A stretch of 63,999 nt of DNA, the filler included, from Barthelona sp. PAP020 (Eukaryota): NCBI GenBank assembly GCA_040182905.1. It is 8 parts of 8 records of this genome, joined end to end, with 100 filler letters (N's around TTAATTAATTAA, not from the genome) between each part and the next. Parts side by side here need not be neighbours in the genome. Positions count along the whole stretch, not along the records: positions 1 to 8,235 come from JARQWU010000463.1; positions 8,336 to 16,476 come from JARQWU010000464.1; 6 more parts are not named here. One strand, 5' to 3'. Numbering within the stretch: position 1 is the first letter of the stretch; each line of letters opens with the position of its first letter. Under the pieces are notes generated by a model. The model did not search any database. It was not told where the DNA came from and saw only the letters and a list, made by a program, of their open reading frames with translations. Shown here in pieces: positions 1 through 10,822 of the stretch. The position numbers and the translations under genes were made by a program.

Positions 1-177
1 ACTTCCCATAACAGTTTTCTTTCTGCTATGTGTGAGATTAACACAAAGAATGAAAGTCGAATCAAAGAGTCACTTCATAATACTTTCAATTATCTTCAAA
101 CTGGTATTGAACTAGATTCTACTGATATTTTGGAGGGTATTGTTAATATTGAATTTCTTTTACATGCTAAATTATGA
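1..177 (+). CDS. 3' end of an unidentified protein (5'-truncated by the window)
   Basis: Frame 1 is open from base 1 (TSHNSFLSAMCEINTK...EFLLHAKL) to TGA at 175-177; no family recognised. Confidence 0.45.
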   Translation, partial: TSHNSFLSAMCEINTKNESRIKESLHNTFNYLQTGIELDSTDILEGIVNIEFLLHAKL

Positions 178-282
178 GTATAAAAATTGAATAAATGTTT
201 AGTGCAGGCAATTTTGATTTCAACATCATTCTTGAATTTTTTTTTTTTTGTTTTTTCCAAAGATTCATGTTTATCTTGTTTG

Positions 283-3200
283 ATGTCACAATTGTATGAT
301 AATTATTTGAAAGAATTTAATAACTTTTTGCCAAATTATCAAAAAAATCCATTGTCTTTAATTTTTAACAATTTTGTTGGCGTAGACACCACAAAATTTC
401 CAAATTTTTCTAAAATTACTTATGATCCAATTAATGCTCCAATAATAGAAACAAATAATGACAAAAATAAAAATATTTCGAAAAACTCAGGAAAAATTAA
501 TGAAATTGAACATAATTATTCCTTTTCTCCATCTGATTTTGAAGAAGAGTTATATAACAACATATCTCAGACTGATTCAAATGATACAAACAATGAAGAA
601 GATTTTAGTCCATCTTTTGTAGATGATGATTTTTTTGAAAATATTGATCAGTTTGAGCTTAATGAATTGGAATTATACGAAGTATATCCAAAAGATTCAG
701 AAAGCAACAAATATTCAAAGTACTCAAGCAATGACACTCCTGAAATCAGTCCAAAAAATCATTTAAACCATATTTTAACTGAAGATACCACAAGCACTTT
801 AAGCTCGTTCACAACAACGTCAGTGACAAAACAGTTGATTAAGCACGATAAATTTTTCAGTACTGATAATTCTGAGGATAATGGAAGTTCAAATGACCAA
901 TTGTATACTCCCGTGACTCATTCTGCACACAACGAAATTAACAATAATAATTTTGGTTTTACTTCGCAAAGCCCATTCACCAAAGACAATAGTGACAGTG
1001 ATTGCTCCAATTTTACCTTTCAAAGCCCGTTTCTTGAGAGCAAAAAAAGTGAGGTGAATGCTATTGATTCCAATTCATTCACAAACAGTGAGTTCAACAC
1101 CCCCAACAATGCAAGAATTGAAGGGCAGGAAGCTAATTTTGGTACTTTCCATGCAACTGCTCCCACTCCTGCGATCAATAACGGATTGTTGTCTTATATT
1201 TTCAATTGGGTTGATCAACAACCAGAAAGAATATCAAAAACTTCTCTGCTTCAATTTTTAAACAATATTCCTTTCAACTTTGCAACAAATGGTGCTTTTA
1301 ATAGTTTTTTAGACTTTGAAGGACCAAATGAACAAAACGACCGTATAGAATTAGATTATTCAACTAAACTTCCTGAAGACACTGTTAGAATTCCAGAACA
1401 TTTATTATATGTATCTCCCATGATCTTAGCTGAATTTTCAAAACATTTTGCTTGGGATGATACTGTTGATATCATCAACACACAAGTTTTTGGTAATAAA
1501 TCTTTCCGTTTACATCAACATGAAATAATCAATTGTGTGTTGTCACAGAGGGATACTCTTGTTCTGATGCCCACTGGTGGAGGTAAATCTTTGTGTTATC
1601 AATTACCTGCGTTTATGTTACCAGGATTAACTGTGGTTGTCTCTCCACTAATCTCATTAATTGAAGATCAAGTTAATTCACTGATTATCCAAGGGGTACA
1701 AGCAGCCTTTCTGTGTTCTAATCAAACTAAAGAAGTACAGCAGCAAATATTTTCCACAATTGAGAATGGTAAAAAGGAAAGATCCATGAAGATCAAAATT
1801 TTGTACGTTACACCTGAACGAATAAGGAGTTCAGGACGTACTGTAAGCTTATTGAATGATTTGTATGCTCTTGACTTATTATCACTGTTTGTTATTGATG
1901 AAGCACATTGTGTTTCAAAATGGGGACATTCATTTCGTCCAGATTATGCTCAATTGGGATTTTTAAAATCTCAATTCCCCAAAGTTCCTTTGATGGCTTT
2001 AACTGCCACTGCAAGTCCTCATATCAGATTGGATGTTTTGAGACAATTGAAAATTGTCGATTCAGCCACTGTCTTCATCCAGTCATTTAATCGTAAGAAT
2101 CTACGGTTTGAAGCGTTTTATAAAAAGAGCGTAGATGATGTTATATTAAAGATTCATGGAATGATTTCCCAGAAATTTTCCAAAGATTCAGGAATTATCT
2201 ATTGTTTGAGTCAATATGAGGTAGATAAAGTTTACAAAAAATTAAAAAATAAGGGGTTAAAAGTTGGTAGGTATCATGGTGGCATGAATGATAAGGACAG
2301 ACAAATTTCTCAGCATAAATGGAAGTCAAATGAGGTGTTAGTGATGATTGCCACTGTGGCTTTTGGTATGGGTATTAATAAGCCCGATGTTCGGTTCATT
2401 TTTCATACATCTTTACCTCAAAGTTTAGAAGGATTTTATCAAGAGGCAGGGAGAGCAGGGAGAGATGGAAGAATTGCTTTCAGCGTTGTATTTTATGATT
2501 TCAATGACTTCACTAGAAACAAGTTTTTAATTGAGGCACAGAAATCCAAAACGGGTGGAACTAAATCTGCTTTAAGATCTTTATATTGTTGTTATCAGTA
2601 TTTTACAGATATTTCGAAATGTCGCAGACAATCTTTGCTAGAATATCTGGGGGAACATTTAAATAGCGACAACAAATTTGATATTTGTCAAAAAACTTGT
2701 GACAATTGTCTCCGAGGCTATGACATCTTAATTCAAAAGGATCATTGTGAAGAAGCGAAGGACATTTATAAATTAGTGACTGCAATCAAACAATCAGGTG
2801 AGAAACCTTTGACATTTACTCAATTATGTCAGGCTTTCAGAGGCACAAACAAGAAATTCTTTCAAAAGAATGGTATTGATAATTTTCCCTGTTTTGGTTT
2901 AGGAAAATCATTAACTGAAGAAAGAGTATTTCGAATTATTGAACATCTAGTATTGAAACAAGTTTTGCTGGTTAAAGTTAACTCAAAAAACAATCACATT
3001 GTGGGAAGGATCCATCCTGGCAATAAACCTCCACAAAATATTGTTATTGATATTATTGATCGGAAAAAAAAACCTGTACCTAGCACTGACTCCAAAAATA
3101 CTAGGAAAAATATTGAATTCAATGATTCAATCAGCCTTCAATCAACAGTATCAACACCTCAAACAAATACAACTTCCTCTTTTAGTTCTTCGTCTTCCAA

Positions 3201-3591
3201 AACTAAAAATTTGGAATTATTTGAAAATCTTTTGGATCTAAGAAGATTAATTCATGAAATTTCTGGATCAAATGGTCCAAGCTTTCACAACATCATCACG
3301 AACAGTTTATTGAAGGAAATGGCTAATAGTTTAATTGTTGATTCTAATCAATTAAGATTATTTATGGGATTAAATCCTCAATTATGGGCTCAATTCGGTG
3401 AAGTTTTTCAAAAGCATATCAAATTTTTCAAAAACACAAAGCAAATTCTGCCTACTTCTTCAAGCAGAGATGAATTGGAACTCAATTTCAAGGAGTCATC
3501 TTCAAATCATATGTTTCCTGACCTTACAGCTAGCATGATATCAACAAATCATGCAATTGAATTGAGTAAGAAAAGAGATCCTAATTTTTAG
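283..3591 (+). CDS. RecQ-family DNA helicase, BLM/Sgs1-like
   Basis: Motif I MPTGGGKS, DEAH, aromatic loop WGHSFRPDY, motif VI QEAGRAGRDG, RQC zinc site CRR...CQKTCDNC, winged-helix region, HRDC-like C-terminus, long acidic N-terminus. First ATG is at 283; the ORF track starts at TTG 187. Confidence 0.95.
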   Translation: MSQLYDNYLKEFNNFLPNYQKNPLSLIFNNFVGVDTTKFPNFSKITYDPINAPIIETNNDKNKNISKNSGKINEIEHNYSFSPSDFEEELYNNISQTDSNDTNNEEDFSPSFVDDDFFENIDQFELNELELYEVYPKDSESNKYSKYSSNDTPEISPKNHLNHILTEDTTSTLSSFTTTSVTKQLIKHDKFFSTDNSEDNGSSNDQLYTPVTHSAHNEINNNNFGFTSQSPFTKDNSDSDCSNFTFQSPFLESKKSEVNAIDSNSFTNSEFNTPNNARIEGQEANFGTFHATAPTPAINNGLLSYIFNWVDQQPERISKTSLLQFLNNIPFNFATNGAFNSFLDFEGPNEQNDRIELDYSTKLPEDTVRIPEHLLYVSPMILAEFSKHFAWDDTVDIINTQVFGNKSFRLHQHEIINCVLSQRDTLVLMPTGGGKSLCYQLPAFMLPGLTVVVSPLISLIEDQVNSLIIQGVQAAFLCSNQTKEVQQQIFSTIENGKKERSMKIKILYVTPERIRSSGRTVSLLNDLYALDLLSLFVIDEAHCVSKWGHSFRPDYAQLGFLKSQFPKVPLMALTATASPHIRLDVLRQLKIVDSATVFIQSFNRKNLRFEAFYKKSVDDVILKIHGMISQKFSKDSGIIYCLSQYEVDKVYKKLKNKGLKVGRYHGGMNDKDRQISQHKWKSNEVLVMIATVAFGMGINKPDVRFIFHTSLPQSLEGFYQEAGRAGRDGRIAFSVVFYDFNDFTRNKFLIEAQKSKTGGTKSALRSLYCCYQYFTDISKCRRQSLLEYLGEHLNSDNKFDICQKTCDNCLRGYDILIQKDHCEEAKDIYKLVTAIKQSGEKPLTFTQLCQAFRGTNKKFFQKNGIDNFPCFGLGKSLTEERVFRIIEHLVLKQVLLVKVNSKNNHIVGRIHPGNKPPQNIVIDIIDRKKKPVPSTDSKNTRKNIEFNDSISLQSTVSTPQTNTTSSFSSSSSKTKNLELFENLLDLRRLIHEISGSNGPSFHNIITNSLLKEMANSLIVDSNQLRLFMGLNPQLWAQFGEVFQKHIKFFKNTKQILPTSSSRDELELNFKESSSNHMFPDLTASMISTNHAIELSKKRDPNF

Positions 3592-4402
3592 CAGTGGAAT
3601 AAATATCTGGTTTTCTTTATTTTTAGCATTTTCCAAGTTTTTTGACATTTCTTTTTATGTTTTTATCAAACAGAGAGACAATTAATTTATCAATCAACAA
3701 AAGTGACGAAAATATATGTCCAATTAAATCATTTTGTTTTAAATCAACAAAAGAATGTAAAATGTTTATACCTTTCAATTTTGTTCACATAACCATTTCA
3801 ACATTTGCATCCCAACACCATTGTTAGATTACTTTTAAAACATTTTGAAACAATTTTTTTTTCAAATACGTTCTCCATTCATAAAGTGATGGCAATCATA
3901 ATCATAATCATAATCACAATCATTATGGAAAAACAATAAAGGAAACTTTTTTTCGACCATCAAAACTTTTCAAATCCAACAACAATATGTATGTTTATTA
4001 AGAAAATAACACCCAAAACCAAAATTAGAATTCTTGTGTTTTCAATCAAAAAAGAAACAAAGAAAAGATGATGATGTTGAACACTCTTCCAAATTTTTTT
4101 TTATCGAATTAGATTGAAATATTCAAATCACATCAGAAAGGGTTGAAAATGTTCAGTTTAAAAGAAAAAGATGAATTAAAAAAAAAATTATTTATTTTGG
4201 TTTTTCTTCTATAAACAGGTATAGGATTATTCTATTGTGAAATAACTTAAATTTGTTGCCCATATAGTTAAAAATAGACAACATTAATTCATTTTTTATG
4301 CAAAACTATCTTTCAAGACCATTCTCCTTTAATTCCCCTTGTTTTTTCAAATGAAAAATAATAATAATAATAAAGCATTTCGTTTTACACAAAATCAATA
4401 AA

Positions 4403-5287
4403 TTAGTTTTTCAATTCACTCATCAAACTGCGACTTAGTTTATCTGCATGTCGAATAGGCTCAGGCACACGATATTGAGAACACTTTCTGACAATTTCAA
4501 CACTTTGTTCAATTGTAACTTTATTTCCAACAGAAACAATAATAGGTTTGGAAAAATCAACATCATTATTCCCAGTTAAACTAACTCCAAGAACTTCCTC
4601 ATCAGAAACAAGATTATACTGTCCACCATTACGAACAGTCAAATCAGAAAGGCCTTCTCTAAATTCGTGGGTAAAATTGTTCATAATCAAAAGATTCTTA
4701 GCAACACCGATGGTAGAAATGTCTTTGATAACACCTAAATGTGTTGCAGAACCACATTTTCTTTGATGAAACTTTCCATTTCCATCCACCAAATATACTT
4801 GAGGGATAAATTCAGGTTTTTCCTTTTCCAATTCATCAATGAGACTGATAAAAGGATCAATTTCACGATACGCTAAAAATCCAGCCTTATACTCAACATT
4901 ATTGCTAACATCGATTGAATTTTCATAAATAATTTCCTTATTTTCAACATCATAAACAGCTAAAACAGCAATTCCTCTTGCATCATTATCCTTATCAAAT
5001 GTGATATCAAGACCACCAACATACTTTATTTCCTCAGTGATTTCCTCCTCAACAATTCTGTTGGCTAAAGAAATTTGCTCTTCCATTTTTTCTTTCCAAA
5101 AAACATCGTCATCAACATCCCCAAGTTCAATTTCGATCACTGAATGATCTTCATCAGATTCTTTCTTACCATCAGTTTTGTCCAAATGGCCTCTTTTTGT
5201 GTGAAGAGAATTTGAGATAACCATATATACAATTCCAATAAAACCTGCAAAAATAACAATTACAACAAGAGCACCAACAATATCCAT
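4403..5287 (-). CDS. ENDOV: Endonuclease V (inosine-specific nuclease) with an N-terminal hydrophobic helix
   Basis: GGLDITF, YKAGFLAYRE, LVDGNGKFH, GSATHLG, IGVAKN, YRVPEPIRHADK; residues 3-24 are a hydrophobic stretch. Confidence 0.92.
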   Translation of the reverse strand: MDIVGALVVIVIFAGFIGIVYMVISNSLHTKRGHLDKTDGKKESDEDHSVIEIELGDVDDDVFWKEKMEEQISLANRIVEEEITEEIKYVGGLDITFDKDNDARGIAVLAVYDVENKEIIYENSIDVSNNVEYKAGFLAYREIDPFISLIDELEKEKPEFIPQVYLVDGNGKFHQRKCGSATHLGVIKDISTIGVAKNLLIMNNFTHEFREGLSDLTVRNGGQYNLVSDEEVLGVSLTGNNDVDFSKPIIVSVGNKVTIEQSVEIVRKCSQYRVPEPIRHADKLSRSLMSELKN

Positions 5288-5435
5288 AAATAAAAAATGA
5301 GACTTGATGGATTTTTTTTTTTAATTGCATAATAAAAAATATTTATATTGTTTGTCTTTATCTTGATAATTTGAAAAAAAAAAAAGCGTGCATTGAAAAC
5401 AAACAAATCAAAGTGATGGTATTATTTTTTTTTTA

Positions 5436-5672
5436 ATGTCAACAGAATTAACCAAACAATTTCTTGAAGAACTTAAAGAAAAACTAGTCATAGTTAAACT
5501 AAAGTGGGGACCAGCATACAAAGGTGTTTTAATAAGTTTTGATGAATATATGAATTTTAGATTGGATAATGTTGAAGAGATTATTGACAATAGTATTGTT
5601 GGAAATATTTCCAGTATATTGATAAGGTGTAATAATGTATTGTATGTTCAAGAATATTTGAATTCCGAATAA
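5436..5672 (+). CDS. SNRPF: Small nuclear ribonucleoprotein Sm F
   Basis: VIVKLKWG..YKG.L.S.D.YMN and ILIRCNNVLY are SmF signatures. Confidence 0.9.
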   Translation: MSTELTKQFLEELKEKLVIVKLKWGPAYKGVLISFDEYMNFRLDNVEEIIDNSIVGNISSILIRCNNVLYVQEYLNSE

Positions 5673-5885
5673 TTTTTTTTTTCCGTTTTATTTTTTATCT
5701 AACCGATTTTTTTATTATTAATCCTCTAATTATCATATTTTTATTTTCAAAAATAATTTGACTTTTTGCTTATAAACTCTATTTTTTGTTTTGTTGTTTT
5801 TCAAGGTTTCTTTCTTTATTGTGTTGTTGTTTTATGTCTTTGATTCCTTGCAAATTATTTTAAAATTAAACTAGCTGAGGTCTGT

Positions 5886-6470
5886 GTGAAATATCAAACT
5901 ATCATGTCAGTGAATGGAAACAGGAAACCATCTTGGAAAAATATTCATAATCCAAGAAATGGTATGTACACAGCACAGAATAAAAAACATTCTTTGATTA
6001 AAAGTCAAAAATGCTGGATTGAACTTGGTTTTTCTAAAGTCAAGTTCAAAAACAAAAATTTTTGCCATGCATTTTGCATAGATTGCTATAAATAAATGAA
6101 ATTTTTTTGTTACATGTTCCCATGACTGGTGAACCATTCGATTTGATAAGGGTATTATTGATAACAATCTGAAACGCCATTCCAATAGAACAACAAATCT
6201 TTTTTAATCACAGGGCATACTTTGTTTGATTTTAGAAAAGAAAGATATTGATGAAAGAATAACTCGAACAATTTTACAAATACCAAGGATGGAGAACTTT
6301 GAGAAAAACAAAAAATGTAGACACACACTTAGATTACTTGAAGAGTGCTAAATTCCTATAGGCCTTTAAAAGTTTGCAAAAAATTATTGTAGAAGGTTAT
6401 TGAAAGGTTGAATGAAGGCAAAACTGTATTTGTTTTTGATGTGATGTGCATTCTTCAAAAAAGAATGATA
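5886..6470 (+). pseudogene. Possible decayed BED-finger/hAT-type transposase relic
   Basis: CWIELGFSKV...HAFCIDC, then after a stop and a frameshift, NNLKRH (BED-finger-like order W..F..CxxC..NLxRH); later fragment ERLNEGKTVFVFD; many stops. Confidence 0.3.
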
Positions 6471-6955
6471 AAGATTATTTTTTTGACTTAATTTGTTACT
6501 GTGTGCCTTTGAAGTATCCTCTTCGTGTGAATATAAATTCAAGTGCTATCACGACGAAATGACATCCACAAAAACTTTAAAGCCAATATCATACTCATAT
6601 CAAATTAAAACAGATCAGAATTAACCTGGAATAGCAATCAAAAAAAGAGCTGAAAACAAGCTAGAGGATATAAATCTTTGACTTTTATCATACATCCGAA
6701 ATGTTGAAAGCTTAACAATAAAACATTAAAATTAACAAGATTTATAAAATATTAACAATAGCAAAGACACACAAATTTATGAAAAAATACAAAACATTTC
6801 CGAATATTTCCTCAAACGAACGAAAATCCAAAACATGAATAAACTTGAAAAATTGAACCAACTCATGGGGAAAAATTGACATCACTGAGTAAATAATTCC
6901 AAATGTTGTATTTTGTAATAAGTGAGACTTATTAAACTTTAAAACACGAATTGGA

Positions 6956-8008
6956 TCAATTGTAATAGGATTTTAGGAGCTGAACAATTCGTGGATGGCC
7001 TCCCTTTGTTGCAATATCTATTGGAGTCCATCTTTGGCAATATTTTAGATTTAAATTGGCTCCATGGTCTAATAGAAGTTTTACAACATCAAAATAACCA
7101 TTATAACAACTAATGAATAATGGAGACCATCCATCATTGTTAGCTAAATCAATATTGGCTCCATGTTTCAGGAGAATTTTGGCAAGATCCAAATGACCCT
7201 TACAACAACTTATAAACAATGGAGAACACCCATCATTCATACACAAACTAACATCAGCCCCATGATCCAAAAGCATTTCGGCAAAATCAAGAAGACCTTC
7301 TTGAGAGCAATAGAACAATGAAGAACAGCCATCAGCCTTACATAAATTAACATTAGCACCATAATTCAAGAGCAATTTGGCAATGTCAAGGTGACTGTTT
7401 TCACAACAAACCAACAATGGAGAACCGCCACTAGTTCTAGATAAATTAACATCAGCACCACGATCTAACAGCATTTTCGCAATATCAATATGACCAGCTG
7501 CACAGCTAATATACAATGGAGAAGCATGAAGTTCATCCAAAACATTAATATCAGCACCACTATCCAAAAGCATTTTGGAAATATCAAAATAACCTTGTTG
7601 ACAACTGATAAACAATGGGGAAGCACCATTATCAGTGCAAAAATTAACATCTGCCCCTCTATCCAAAAGCAGTTTGGAGCTGTCAAAATGACCATTTTGA
7701 CAGCCAATATATAATGGAGAAGTACCATTATTCATACATAAATTGACATCAGCATTGTAATCCAATAAAATCTCAACAATCTCAACATGACCTCCAAAAG
7801 AAGCCCCCCAAAGTGCCGTTCTTCCTTCCTTTCCCTGTTTATTCACATCTACACCAGCCTTAATACACTGCTTTACAAGTTCCAAATTTCCAGCCAGAGA
7901 AGCATCATATATTTTCTTTGGAACTCCATCCTTTTCAAATCCATCAACATCAAACCCATCAGGAACAACAACTTCATCCATTTGATGCTTAACATAAGGG
8001 TCTACCAT
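6956..8008 (-). CDS. Ankyrin repeat protein, about 10 repeats (paralogue of 23135-24692)
   Basis: 33-aa repeats G.SPLYISC..GH.D.AK.LLD.GADVN; first ATG at 8008 (MVDPYVK). Confidence 0.95.
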   Translation of the reverse strand: MVDPYVKHQMDEVVVPDGFDVDGFEKDGVPKKIYDASLAGNLELVKQCIKAGVDVNKQGKEGRTALWGASFGGHVEIVEILLDYNADVNLCMNNGTSPLYIGCQNGHFDSSKLLLDRGADVNFCTDNGASPLFISCQQGYFDISKMLLDSGADINVLDELHASPLYISCAAGHIDIAKMLLDRGADVNLSRTSGGSPLLVCCENSHLDIAKLLLNYGANVNLCKADGCSSLFYCSQEGLLDFAEMLLDHGADVSLCMNDGCSPLFISCCKGHLDLAKILLKHGANIDLANNDGWSPLFISCYNGYFDVVKLLLDHGANLNLKYCQRWTPIDIATKGGHPRIVQLLKSYYN

Positions 8009-8235
8009 CTCAACCAAAAACTCGAAGAAAAGAGCAAAAATAAAGAATGGTCTTTAGTTTTCTAAATTTTGGTTGATTTTGTAGCAACAATCATTCATTA
8101 AATTGTTGGAATTATCGGTCAAATGGGATAGAATAATCGATTAAACAGGTTTTTATTGTTTTCTAATGAATTTTATATCTTTGAATCTTTCATTGAATTT
8201 ATGTTTTCAAATATCATTGAGAAGCTATGTAGATG

Positions 8236-8335
8236 NNNNNNNNNNNNNNNNNNNNNNNNNNNNNNNNNNNNNNNNNNNNTTAATTAATTAANNNNNNNNN
8301 NNNNNNNNNNNNNNNNNNNNNNNNNNNNNNNNNNN
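8236..8335. other. Artificial contig spacer N44-TTAATTAATTAA-N44
   Basis: Identical 100-nt spacer with stops in all six frames, recurring 7 times. Confidence 0.99.
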
Positions 8336-8536
8336 ATTACTCGTATCATATATAATTAATCTATTGCCACTACCAATAACAAATGGGTAGGGATCAACAG
8401 GACTAAAGTCAATACTATATGCCAAATTTGCAACTTTTTCTATTTCAGGCTTTCTAAAACTTCTCCAGTGTATCTGTTCATTTGTAACATTTCGTGATTC
8501 AATCGGAGTCTTACGAAATGGCAACTTTCTATACAT
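8336..8536 (-). CDS. UTP15: U3 snoRNP protein UTP15, N-terminal fragment (cut by contig end)
   Basis: MYRKLP...EQIHWRSFRKP...SIDFSPVDPYPFVIGSGNRLIIY resembles the UTP15 N-terminus (YW..Y..P...VDFSP..PY.YAV.AS.RI.IY). Confidence 0.75.
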
Positions 8537-8704
8537 TTTGTTGGTAAAGAAGATTTTTTTATATTTGCACCATTTTTTCAAATTTATCTCAAATAAAAAA
8601 GTATTTGTCATCCAATGAAAAGAGAAGCTTTTTATTTGGTGTTAAAAAAAAAAAATGGCCCCACAAACTTTTTTTCAAAAATTTGTTTTAAGAAACAAAT
8701 TTAA

Positions 8705-9409
8705 ATGCAATTCTCTCCAACAGATGAACTAGCTGATTTTATTCAACGTAGAAAATTAAATTCACATGATCTGACCATTCCACATTCACCTATGATAACA
8801 AAGAAGCGGAAAAAGAATCAATATGCGGAATATAATGATACTATATCTACACCTATTGCATTTAAGTCTAGATTAAGACTAGTTTCGATGGATGAAAAAT
8901 TTGATTTTGATGTGAAAAAACCTGCTGATATGGATGAAGATAGTTTATCGGTTGATCCTCTTGTTTTATCTTTAGTAGCTAGAGACGTTATGATAAAAAA
9001 TCCTGTAAAAAATATTCGAAAAAAAAAAATTGTTCCCCATTCACCAATGTTAAGGACTAGAGAAAGATTTAAACAAAAAAAAGAGGAGGAAAAAAATTAT
9101 TTGTCAACTAAAACTACAAAGAATTTCTTTAAGCCAACACAACACAAATCATACACTGAATTCCAGCCTTTTTCTTTTGCAACCGCAAATCGTTCAGGAC
9201 ACAGAAAACGATTTGATGAATTATCAAGAAAGAAACAAAATGATGCAAAAGACAAAAAGGAACAACAACGTAAAAATCATGAAGAGAGGGAATTTGAAAT
9301 ATTTAAAAAGCAATTTACACCAAAAACTAACAAAATAAAGCATCAAAATCAAACTACAATTCCAAAAACCCCTCTTTTTGCAACAAATCAACGTTTAGGG
9401 CATTATTAA
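8705..9409 (+). CDS. TPX2-like microtubule-associated protein
   Basis: Repeated (T/V)xPxSPM motifs, TEFQPFSFATANR...R.RFD followed by a charged helix, and a terminal TIPKTPLFAT..R. Confidence 0.7.
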   Translation: MQFSPTDELADFIQRRKLNSHDLTIPHSPMITKKRKKNQYAEYNDTISTPIAFKSRLRLVSMDEKFDFDVKKPADMDEDSLSVDPLVLSLVARDVMIKNPVKNIRKKKIVPHSPMLRTRERFKQKKEEEKNYLSTKTTKNFFKPTQHKSYTEFQPFSFATANRSGHRKRFDELSRKKQNDAKDKKEQQRKNHEEREFEIFKKQFTPKTNKIKHQNQTTIPKTPLFATNQRLGHY

Positions 9410-9685
9410 TGAACTGTATATGTAATATAAATTTTCATGACATTATTTTTTTGTTAAAATAAGATTAATATTGTAGTTTTAGTCGTAATTTTAAAAATGA
9501 AAGAGAAGAACAATTGACATTTTAAGATGTTTGAAATTTACATGAAAAAAATGAATCAGAATAATTAAGAGGTGAATTAAATAAAAATAAATGAAGTCAA
9601 TGCCTCAAAAGACAATTCAAAACATTCAAAGTAGTGAAAACAATCAATAACAAAAAACATACACACACATTTGGAGTAATTTACA

Positions 9686-10822
9686 CTAAAAAATATTAAT
9701 ATGAGGTACAACCATTTTTCCTGTTGTGCTGCGAATGTGAGATTGAGAAATATCATTCATAACGCTCCCGGAAATATTATATTTAAGAGTTTTTTGGTCT
9801 TTAAACTCACCAACTTCCAAATAAGTACAATATTCACAACCTTCAACCAAATTCACATGTTTATTTATATCAATTTCTTCAGAACCACCAACCATCAATA
9901 AAGGAATTTCAAACTTAAAGTCTTGGGCAAAACCAAGATAAATTTCACCAAAAAAAGTATTAACTTGAATTATAGTATTATTTTGTTTGTGGATCGGAAC
10001 AATGGGTTTGAAAATTCGTAAAATCTGAATTCTTCCATTAATGGAATTGATATTCATCTGAACGTTACTCTCATTCAAACTTAAATCATATTGAAGTGAT
10101 AAATTATCAATGAAAGTGGTAGCATCAATGTAACACTCATGAGAAATAAGGGTTTTAATAAATAAATATCCCGAATTTAAACAAATATACAATTTTGAAG
10201 TGTTCAAAGGAGCTGTAAAATATCCAGTAACAAATAAGAATGTTGAAGGTTCTGGACTTTCACTTACATCTCCTTCAACTTCTGACGATGTCTTAATGCT
10301 ATTAATAATTACATGTTTAAATGAAAAATTTTCCGGAATTTCTATTGAAACCAATAAAATCTGACATTTAAACATTGAATCAGAAAAATAACCATTAAAT
10401 ATGATCGAATTGTTTTCATTACATAGCCTACGATCTAAGTTTGTATTTTGAAATGTGTTTGTGGTAAAATCACTGATATTTTCGTTCTTCATCAACCTAA
10501 TTTTTTGTTTCACATGAATTTGAGAATCATTCGATTTTTCCCAACGAATTCCCAAATGATCTGACGAAATATATAAACAACCAACTGTATTTGGGTCATA
10601 AATCTCCACAGACGGTTCTAAATTATTCAAAGCAAACAAACAAACTCCTCGATCAATTACTTTGGGTAAATATGCACTTACAATAAAATATAAAAGAATT
10701 ATAAGAAATCCTAAAACAATAAAATACCCAAAAGACGCAAAAAAATATGTGCGAAAACATCCATGAATATCCTTTTCATTGACCTCAACATTTTCATTGG
10801 GGAGATCATTCATGTCCACCAT
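9686..10822 (-). CDS. Hypothetical single-pass membrane protein with a beta-rich ectodomain
   Basis: 378-aa ORF, hydrophobic segment at about aa 26-52, adhesin-like 'INSINGRI / VNTFFGEI / IRSTTGKM' strands. Confidence 0.7.
   Translation of the reverse strand: MVDMNDLPNENVEVNEKDIHGCFRTYFFASFGYFIVLGFLIILLYFIVSAYLPKVIDRGVCLFALNNLEPSVEIYDPNTVGCLYISSDHLGIRWEKSNDSQIHVKQKIRLMKNENISDFTTNTFQNTNLDRRLCNENNSIIFNGYFSDSMFKCQILLVSIEIPENFSFKHVIINSIKTSSEVEGDVSESPEPSTFLFVTGYFTAPLNTSKLYICLNSGYLFIKTLISHECYIDATTFIDNLSLQYDLSLNESNVQMNINSINGRIQILRIFKPIVPIHKQNNTIIQVNTFFGEIYLGFAQDFKFEIPLLMVGGSEEIDINKHVNLVEGCEYCTYLEVGEFKDQKTLKYNISGSVMNDISQSHIRSTTGKMVVPHINIF

Noticed and set aside
187..282. Hydrophobic N-terminal extension on the RecQ helicase
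   Set aside because: Arises from a TTG start and a poly-T tract; the first ATG is at 283.
3893..3926. Short (AATCAT)n tandem repeat
   Set aside because: Only a few imperfect copies in intergenic DNA; an ordinary microsatellite, not telomeric.
8280..8291. Palindromic TTAATTAATTAA recurring about every 8 kb
   Set aside because: Always centred in N-runs; an artificial six-frame-stop spacer, not biology.
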